Shown here: piece by piece, positions 60,601 to 64,000 of the stretch
How the letters are laid out: each line of letters opens with the position of its first letter
How positions within the stretch are numbered: position 1 is the stretch's first letter
From: Octopus sinensis
Taxonomy: Eukaryota
DNA length: 64,000 nucleotides
Assembly (NCBI RefSeq): GCF_006345805.1
Contig: NC_042999.1
Span: 129,704,001 to 129,768,000 of the forward strand
Direction: 5' to 3'
Position numbers and translations under genes: made by a program
Notes under the pieces: generated by a model
Seen by the model: the letters and a program-made list of their open reading frames with translations, nothing else
What the model was told of the DNA's origin: nothing
Databases searched by the model: none

Positions 60601-61748
60601 TGATCACATATAAGCTGTAGTCTGTGATTTTGTCATGGACAGGAACAAGGAGCCAATGTGACATTTTGCGTTATACTTGAGCAGTCTACTACAGAGACAT
60701 TGAGTGTGCTTCAGCAAGCTTACAGCAATGAGACAATGAGCCATACACAATGTTTCGAGTGGCATGGGTACTTCAAAAGTGGAATACCAGTCCTGGAAGA
60801 CCTACCATGAGCTTCACCCCAAGAAATTTGGTATTGTGCATCAAGAATTCGTCTCCCAGGGCCAGACTGTCAGTTGAAAGTTCTTCTGTGACATTTTGAA
60901 GCATTTGAAGGAGGACATTTGGTGAATGCGGCTGAATTTGTGGAGTGCACAGAATTGGATTCTTCACAATGACAGTGCACCCTGCCACTGAGCTCTCCTC
61001 ACTTGTGAGTTTCTCACCAAAAGCAACAAGGTATTGCTTCTACACCCACCCTATTTGCCAGATTTAGTATCTGCATCTTCCATCTCTTCCCCAAGATGAA
61101 AATGCAGCTGAAAGGTTACCATTTTAACAGCACTGTCAAGATCCAGAGTGAATTGCAGAAGGTCCTTGACTTGCTTATGGAAAATAACTTCAGGCCAGAT
61201 TCCAAAAGTGGCAGGAATGCTGAGACCAGTGTATTGCTGCACAAGGTGACTATTTTGAAGGAGATAATATTAAAACTTAGGTAAATAAGTTATTTTTTAC
61301 TAAACATAACTAGTCTGGGAGCTTTTTCATACCACCTTGTATTACCACATACCCAGAATACATGATGTGTGTCATATTTTGTAATGTGTTACATGTGTAA
61401 TAGAAAATGTGTGTTTACATTAAACCACAAGTATCCTATTGAACCTGTAATATTTATGGAATTTGTTTTATTTACCACAGAATTGAGTTGCAGACATGTA
61501 TGATGCATAAACCAGATATAGTTTACATATATTCTGATTATAACTTTCAGTTTTTATGTGCTGATATGTATTGTATGGTTCTTTAAATACTAACAGTTGG
61601 ATAGGAATAATACATAGTAAATAATGATTATAACTTTCAAGTCACTAACACTTTGGATAATCAAAGTAACTACATATTTTCATGAATAACTTGTATATTT
61701 TCTATCAGAAATGGGCCTTTTCCAGGAATGCTTCCTTGCTGGTATCAC
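2211..61748 (+). CDS. CCDC162: Multi-exon host gene (partial, 21 exons found), CCDC162/DUF4549-like large uncharacterised protein
   Basis: 21 AG/GT-bounded exons with mutually compatible phases; 2638 nt in total = 1 + 879 codons, no stop. Motifs such as [48 protein letters not shown] and [19 protein letters not shown] match my memory of CCDC162 homologues. The name is recalled, not searched. Confidence 0.7.
2994..3131 (+). CDS. Host gene exon ([46 protein letters not shown])
   Basis: ttttcag acceptor, gtttgt donor, inside ORF 2974-3228, phases fit both neighbours. Confidence 0.88.
3463..3663. repeat. Old imperfect inverted repeat (MITE-like), arms of about 65 bp
   Basis: tcttcagattttccccaagaaaacgaaatgaaatggaataaactaaaataaaa pairs with ttttattttatttcattccatttaatttcattctcttggaaaatttgaaga. 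Confidence 0.55.
3870..4990 (-). mobile_element. Degraded CR1/Jockey-type LINE RT fragment
   Basis: Minus [37 protein letters not shown]; related to 40548-40904. Confidence 0.65.
5540..6295. repeat. Compound microsatellite block (TG/TA/GA/CAT) surrounding a 190-bp unique insert
   Basis: Direct inspection. Confidence 0.9.
5868..5905 (-). ncRNA. Minimal type I hammerhead-like motif with variant core
   Basis: Minus strand reads TCTTT-CTGTTGA-A-GAGC-GTAG-GCTC-GAA-ACGT-T-AAAGA: stem I TCTTT/AAAGA, stem II GAGC/GCTC, palindromic ACGT stem III. Confidence 0.55.
6271..7540 (-). mobile_element. 5'-truncated RTE LINE 3' end with minisatellite 3' UTR and (GAT)n tail
   Basis: Minus ORF ...[19 protein letters not shown]...GRGRPRKTW (7078-7353), highly similar to 42038-42500; (CAT)n at 6271-6296. 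Confidence 0.9.
6444..7030. repeat. About 60-63-bp minisatellite with alternating A/B units (core ggtgcttttacgtgccacc)
   Basis: Core recurs near 6444, 6506, 6566, 6628, 6688, 6751, 6811, 6873 and 6932. Confidence 0.85.
7790..8065 (-). mobile_element. Non-autonomous Helitron-like 5' end
   Basis: Minus strand starts A|TC-(TA)n, then (TG)n/(TCTG)n and an accgatttcattcaaatttt motif, an arrangement typical of animal mini-Helitrons; no 3' CTAG found. Confidence 0.5.
9064..9175 (+). CDS. Host gene exon ([37 protein letters not shown])
   Basis: ttttacag acceptor; donor is weak (gtctct), so the 3' end is uncertain. Confidence 0.75.
9985..10560 (+). mobile_element. Degraded RTE-clade LINE fragment
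   Basis: [26 protein letters not shown]...[22 protein letters not shown]. Confidence 0.7.
10671..10784 (+). CDS. Host gene exon ([38 protein letters not shown])
   Basis: tttatcag acceptor, gttagt donor, 114 nt, phase 0/0. Confidence 0.88.
11183..12118. mobile_element. RTE composite: inverted RT N-terminal piece (about 11183-11400, minus) joined to a + strand 3' end with (GAT)n tail (about 11410-12118)
   Basis: 11200-11350 is homologous to 33230-33400; 11410 onward encodes a TWSVT...GRPRKTW-like region followed by the RTE tail. Confidence 0.65.
12377..12580 (+). CDS. Host gene exon ([23 protein letters not shown]...VQAILNQQ)
   Basis: ttgcag acceptor, gtaagt donor, 204 nt, phase 0/0. Confidence 0.9.
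13598..13870 (+). repeat. Interspersed repeat family D; copies near 12838-12975, 23110-23315 (-), 46562-46800 and partial copies elsewhere
   Basis: Shared ttttatcttttacttgtttcagtcatt-gactg-ggccatgctggggca-gccttgaag start, ending in (CA)n; class unknown. Confidence 0.7.
13880..14052 (-). mobile_element. tRNA-derived SINE (family B); others near 8625-8788 (-), 31010-31165 (+), 47815-47972 (-) and 55745-55843 (+, 5' half)
   Basis: Shared ggctgtgtggtaagaagcttgcttcccaaccacatggtt-gggttcagtcccactg head and gcaagtgtcttctactatagc core. Confidence 0.8.
14151..14758. mobile_element. piggyBac-type MITE (TTAA TSD, CCCTTTAGC ends) interrupted by a SINE
   Basis: ttaa|ccctttagca ... tgctaaaagg|ttaa; same family as 40991-41177 and 43466-44062. 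Confidence 0.7.
14384..14721 (-). mobile_element. tRNA-derived SINE (family C) with a 14-bp TSD
   Basis: Reverse complement resembles 19664-20007; flanks atatgcatcagata (14370-14383) and atatgcaccagata (14722-14735). Confidence 0.8.
14888..14991 (+). CDS. Host gene exon ([35 protein letters not shown])
   Basis: tttctag acceptor, gtaagt donor, phase 0/2. Confidence 0.87.
17346..17436 (+). CDS. Host gene exon ([30 protein letters not shown])
   Basis: tttttag acceptor, gtaagc donor, phase 2/0. Confidence 0.87.
19411..19548 (+). CDS. Host gene exon ([46 protein letters not shown])
   Basis: Long poly-T tract + aag acceptor, gtattc donor, phase 0/0. Confidence 0.83.
19664..20007 (+). mobile_element. 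tRNA-derived SINE (family C); further copies near 18385-18710 (minus) and 22900-23115 (minus)
   Basis: A box TGGCTCAGTGG, B box GTTTGATTCC, CORE-like ttgagcaagacactt segment. Confidence 0.8.
20091..20268. repeat. Compound (TA)n/(TG)n/(CA)n microsatellite
   Basis: Direct inspection. Confidence 0.95.
20920..21900 (+). mobile_element. RTE LINE 5' fragment (APE endonuclease), degraded
   Basis: [15 protein letters not shown]..., [35 protein letters not shown]. Confidence 0.85.
21905..22340 (-). mobile_element. Mariner-family 5' fragment
   Basis: Reverse complement matches the left end of the mariner at 60449 (atgaggtcgcatcaaaaagttcctgg...gatggcagcacacagttgcatg). Confidence 0.7.
23590..23730 (+). 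CDS. Host gene exon ([47 protein letters not shown])
   Basis: tatag acceptor, gtatat donor, 141 nt, phase 0/0. Confidence 0.82.
24280..24618 (-). repeat. 3' LTR of the Gypsy element
   Basis: Direct repeat of 28527-28855, diverged by roughly 10-15% by eye. Confidence 0.9.
24668..27206 (-). pseudogene. Gypsy pol remnants: RT, RNase H, integrase
   Basis: [30 protein letters not shown] (degenerate YxDD), WCDAS and [30 protein letters not shown]. Confidence 0.85.
25388..25586 (+). repeat. Exact 199-bp copy of 23315-23513 inserted in the Gypsy integrase
   Basis: Base-by-base identity at an offset of 2073. Confidence 0.93.
27496..28484 (-). pseudogene. Gypsy gag (two zinc knuckles) and aspartic protease, frameshifted
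   Basis: [13 protein letters not shown] and [14 protein letters not shown] knuckles; ALVDTSCS protease motif. Confidence 0.85.
28527..28855 (-). repeat. 5' LTR of the Gypsy element
   Basis: Direct repeat of 24280-24618. Confidence 0.9.
30259..30318 (+). CDS. Host gene exon ([20 protein letters not shown])
   Basis: ttgcag acceptor, gtaagt donor, 60 nt, phase 0/0. Confidence 0.85.
33060..34935 (-). mobile_element. RTE LINE 5' portion (APE endonuclease and RT N-terminus), degraded; purine-rich probable 5' UTR to about 35880
   Basis: [68 protein letters not shown]. Confidence 0.88.
36105..36253 (+). CDS. Host gene exon ([50 protein letters not shown])
   Basis: Poly-T tract + cag acceptor, gtaatg donor, phase 0/2. 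Confidence 0.88.
37325..37690 (-). mobile_element. RTE 3'-tail-only element; similar copies near 5145-5340, 7680-7752 (+), 39490-39730 and 54700-55160 (+)
   Basis: (CAT)n followed by ttaacgtcc-ctttccatgct-gcatgggttggacg...cagctggatgcccttcctaa-gccaaccact. Confidence 0.8.
37701..39140 (+). mobile_element. Penelope-like element fragment: GIY-YIG endonuclease with inverted terminal arms
   Basis: VAYKAEV...[20 protein letters not shown]...[13 protein letters not shown], then shifted-frame KIIERCKPY...KCRLCL...[11 protein letters not shown]; arms 37701-38014 and 38817-39140 are inverted copies. Confidence 0.82.
39016..39109 (+). ncRNA. Type I hammerhead ribozyme fold in the Penelope-like arm
   Basis: CTGACGA (39025-39031), stem II GCAT/ATGC extended by attatataa/ttatataat, GAAA at 39086, near-palindromic stem III accgattgat, stem I cagctatct/agaccagctg. 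Confidence 0.65.
39271..39437. repeat. Near-perfect hairpin: 75-bp arms, 17-nt spacer (MITE-like)
   Basis: 39271-39345 versus 39363-39437, 2 mismatches. Confidence 0.9.
40106..40325 (+). mobile_element. tRNA-derived SINE (family A), best-preserved copy; others near 1304-1520, 1914-2107, 9445-9650 (-), 13087-13310, 15127-15346 (-), 15445-15640 (-), 28995-29222 (-), 36290-36570 and 58680-59200
   Basis: Recurrent ttctgagttcaaattc (B-box-like) and ctttgcctttcatcctttc-gggtcgataaa-taagtaccag central motif. Confidence 0.8.
40403..40496 (+). CDS. Host gene exon ([31 protein letters not shown])
   Basis: ttgcag acceptor, gtgaga donor, phase 2/0. Confidence 0.87.
40548..40904 (-). mobile_element. CR1/Jockey-type LINE 3' fragment
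   Basis: [24 protein letters not shown]. Confidence 0.6.
40991..41177. mobile_element. piggyBac-type MITE
   Basis: ctaa|ccctttaacatt ... aatgctaaagtg|ttaa. Confidence 0.65.
41214..43326 (-). mobile_element. Young 5'-truncated RTE LINE: 406-aa uninterrupted RT/C-terminal ORF, tandem-repeat 3' UTR, (GAT)n tail
   Basis: [49 protein letters not shown]; one stop just upstream of the ORF. Confidence 0.95.
41501..41950. repeat. 159-bp tandem repeat, about 2.8 copies, in the RTE 3' UTR
   Basis: cggccacgagtcggatagtg starts at 41501, 41660 and 41819. Confidence 0.9.
43466..44062. mobile_element. piggyBac-type MITE interrupted by an RTE-tail element (about 43574-43945, minus)
   Basis: ttaa|ccctttagc ... 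gctacaggg|ttaa; the two halves match the MITE body at 40991-41177 in opposite orientation. Confidence 0.7.
45507..45637 (+). CDS. Host gene exon ([44 protein letters not shown])
   Basis: tttttattag acceptor, gtgagt donor, phase 0/2. Confidence 0.85.
46809..47796 (-). mobile_element. 988-bp non-autonomous Helitron with a helicase C-terminal fragment
   Basis: Minus strand A|TC...CTAG|T ends, subterminal cccaatcaacgacggg hairpin remnant, ORF 47477-47716 IEANILTG...[24 protein letters not shown] (PIF1-like motifs V/VI). Confidence 0.85.
48604..50041 (+). mobile_element. 5'-truncated Dong/R4-type non-LTR retrotransposon (RT C-terminus and REL endonuclease) within (TAA)n
   Basis: [13 protein letters not shown]; [18 protein letters not shown] (CCHC), RHD, NRPDIVV...LIDVSIP...EKLSKY; (TAA)n at 48553-48590 and 50042-50053. 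Confidence 0.9.
50054..50765 (-). mobile_element. CR1/L2-type LINE 3' fragment with (ATT)n tail
   Basis: [23 protein letters not shown]...WPHLEFAS; [29 protein letters not shown]. Confidence 0.88.
51009..51126 (+). CDS. Host gene exon ([39 protein letters not shown])
   Basis: cccttag acceptor, gtaaca donor, phase 2/0. Confidence 0.82.
52213..52307 (+). CDS. Host gene exon ([32 protein letters not shown])
   Basis: ttgttag acceptor, gtttgt donor, phase 0/2. Confidence 0.82.
55384..55506 (+). CDS. Host gene exon ([41 protein letters not shown])
   Basis: tacag acceptor, gtaatt donor, phase 2/2. Confidence 0.85.
55745..56093 (+). mobile_element. SINE 5' half fused to an RTE-clade LINE 3' end with (TGA)n tail
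   Basis: 55745-55843 is the family B SINE head; 55844-56080 encodes [16 protein letters not shown]...[12 protein letters not shown]. Confidence 0.7.
57109..57183 (+). CDS. Host gene exon ([25 protein letters not shown])
   Basis: ttttacag acceptor, gtaata donor, phase 2/2; the other two frames contain stops. Confidence 0.8.
57829..58112 (+). CDS. Host gene exon ([26 protein letters not shown]...[10 protein letters not shown])
   Basis: ttgtag acceptor, gtaaaa donor, inside ORF 57818-58243, phase 2/1. Confidence 0.9.
59476..59654 (+). CDS. Host gene exon ([21 protein letters not shown]...[10 protein letters not shown])
   Basis: ttttcaag acceptor, gtgaga donor, phase 1/0. Confidence 0.88.
60228..60373 (+). 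CDS. Host gene exon ([49 protein letters not shown])
   Basis: ttccag acceptor, gtaaga donor, phase 0/2. Confidence 0.88.
60449..61339 (+). mobile_element. Internally deleted mariner DNA transposon
   Basis: TA TSDs, 30-bp TIRs (cgaggtgttatcaaaatgttcctggactag / ctagtctgggagctttttcataccaccttg; 7 mismatches), relic WILHNDSAP and HPPYLPDL motifs. Confidence 0.88.
61709..61748 (+). CDS. Host gene exon ([13 protein letters not shown])
   Basis: tctatcag acceptor, gtaagt donor, phase 2/0. Confidence 0.8.
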
Positions 61749-62071
61749 GTAAGTCAAAATATGCAGCTGTGTGTGGCTAGCTTAAAAGAATTAGACAAGT
61801 AAGTTGAAGCATTACATTTTTTATGCCTTGTAATAAATGATGTTTTACTTTTATTTCCTATTTACTTTCATTAAAATTGTTTTTACTTCAAATATTTTTA
61901 AATTTTTAATTAAAGGAAATCTAACTCTATGCATGTATGTAAGAATAAAAAAAGATTTACTTGTTTTTTACCATAAGATAAAAACTAGGGTTTTCTATGA
62001 CATTTCAATAACTATGACAAAATCATGCTGAAAAGGTTAATTTTATTTATTTGTGAACCATAATAGTATAG

Positions 62072-62249
62072 ATTGGATATCTTTGTAAAATGTCTTGTTG
62101 CATCTTTGGTAATTCATTTGGCAAAAGTCAAGATATAAAAGGTCTCAAATGCTTTGGAACTATCTCATCCGAACCTCCATCTGATGATTCAGTAAAAAAT
62201 GCAAACCAAAATGTTATTTGCTGTGAGGGAAAGAAATATAAAATTTCAC
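62072..62249 (+). CDS. Candidate next exon of the host gene (IGYLCKMSCCIFGNSFGKSQDIK...KKYKIS)
   Basis: Phase-0 open frame (ORF 62090-62332) and gtatgt donor, but the acceptor (agtatag) is pyrimidine-poor and no downstream partner exon was found. Confidence 0.3.
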
Positions 62250-63329
62250 GTATGTTTTCCATCAGTTTACTAAAAGGGTTGCTTCTTGAAATATATCTGT
62301 TTATTTTGCCTTACCTTTTGGTTTCTGCTTAACTGACTTTTGCTGATATAAACCACTGAGTTGTTTTCTTCCATTCTGGTGATTATCTTTCTGCTAACTT
62401 TGTCTCATATCAGATCACATTTTGTTCTTTCATTTCCTTGTATATTTATATCTGTATTTAACATGTTTTAAAATTCACAGATATGTCTGGTTGATCATAA
62501 TTGTCTTTCAGGCTTTCGTTTTTCCTGTCCACACTTTAATAATGAACACTCCAGTAGTTGTAGGAAATATAGTTACAGATAAACAGTTGTTACATGTTTG
62601 GTAGCTTACAGTTCTGATTTTGAATTTTGCAATATTTGAAACTATGGAGATTCAATAAAATTTATATCATTAATGTATAGGAATAAATAGTCAGATCTCT
62701 TTTTCCCAAATTGATCCGTTTGATTTTCTCATGAGCGACTTATGTATTATAATATCCACTCCTTCATATAAAAATACAAGCAACCACATTTCTTGTGTGT
62801 GTGTCTGCATGCACACACACACACGCATGCATGCGCACACACACACTCTCTTTCTCTCTCTCTCTAACTCTCTCATATTTCTGATAATTTCCCAGACTTT
62901 TAAACTCCATCAACTACTAGATTTCAAATTCCACTGCTGGAAGTGGTTAGCTTATTTACTTAAAAATATTATTTTTCTTTCAGGTGACTCGGGTTTGACA
63001 TAAAAGATATTTTATTTTATAAAGTAGCTTGTTATCATAGTTATTTTGGGTGGCAGCAGCATCTTACATCCGTTATTCCATGCTTGCATGGGTTAGAGTG
63101 GTTTTCTGCTGCACAATATCTCACTACTTGTTTCAGTTCATTCCCATTTGCTTAATAAGGTTCAAATTCTTGAGTATTGATCACTTCTTCCCATGTCTTG
63201 CTTGATTTTCCTCTGCAATTGCTTATGGTAATCTGCTTCATTATGTATTTTTGGTGATTTCTGATTGATAGGCTTTTATCTTGTGCCACTTTAAGAACCC
63301 TTCAGTCTCTGCTCTGAGTCCCATGCTTC

Positions 63330-63645
63330 TCAGCTAGGGATTTTTCTTTGACTATTCCTATTCTATTCAACTTGTTCTATTGTTGTTGCAGTTTAATTTT
63401 GCCTTTTTTATATACTCAGATTTTGTTGGCACTCCTGGAGTCTTGCATGAGCAGTGGGCTTACTACCTGCAGCCTACAATATCATGCTATTTGTTCTCTT
63501 CAAATATCTAATACTTTCCTGATGATATTGGCTGTACCAAGGAGGCAAACGTTTTGCAACAGCTCTATTGGGCACCCTATTCCCATTTCCTTTATATTCC
63601 TCTCAATAACTTTTGATACTGTCACCAGCAATAACTGGCACTAAA
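63330..63645 (-). mobile_element. Degraded Dong/R4-like 3' fragment
   Basis: Minus VPVI...TVSKVIERNIKEMGIG-CPIELLQ-VCLLGTA-IIRKVLDI resembles the C-terminus of the element at 48604-50041. Confidence 0.55.
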
Positions 63646-64000
63646 TGAAAGAAGTGGAGGACACTGATCCATCGAGTAACTGAGTCGACTTCGACTGAGC
63701 GGATAGATAGATAGATCTTCACCTTTTTCATTTTCTACAGTTGTGCAATCTTGTATTTAAGAGGACTGTATACAGCTATTTTTTCACTGATGTTATTGAA
63801 AAATGTTTAAAACAACATAAAAATGTATTCAGAACTCTACTATAACTTGATAATGTACATATTTCTACAACATTTTAAAATAATCATGTTTTTAATGCTG
63901 AATATGCTGTTACTTAGTTTTGATAACCTTAAAGACTGTACTGTTAAAATAATTTTATCATTATTTTATAATTTACTTCAATATCTTTTAATCAAATTTC

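Overview
AT-rich, repeat-dense animal genomic DNA; the SINE, RTE-tail and microsatellite families suggest an octopus or other coleoid cephalopod (inference, not verified). One host gene spans the window on the + strand. I reconstructed 21 GT-AG exons (2211-61748) whose phases chain into one stop-free frame of 879 codons; from memory it resembles CCDC162 (DUF4549-containing), and both ends of the gene lie beyond the exons I could call. The introns hold: a decayed full-length Gypsy-type LTR element with a perfect ATAGT TSD (24280-28855), several RTE LINE pieces, CR1-type LINE pieces, a Dong/R4-type REL retroelement inside a (TAA)n tract, a Penelope-like GIY-YIG fragment with inverted terminal arms, a mini-Helitron, mariner relics, TTAA-flanked piggyBac-type MITEs and many tRNA-derived SINEs. 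The most unusual observations are (1) a 199-bp exact local copy plus a 24-bp fold-back inserted into the Gypsy integrase, (2) hammerhead-ribozyme folds in the Penelope-like arms and in a small TA-embedded element with a variant core, (3) a C4HC3 PHD-like finger inside an RTE reverse transcriptase, (4) RTE 3' UTRs built from different tandem arrays around one shared motif, and (5) a SINE-head/LINE-tail chimera. All alignments and folds were done by eye. I found no evidence for a wholly new system beyond these mobile-element features.
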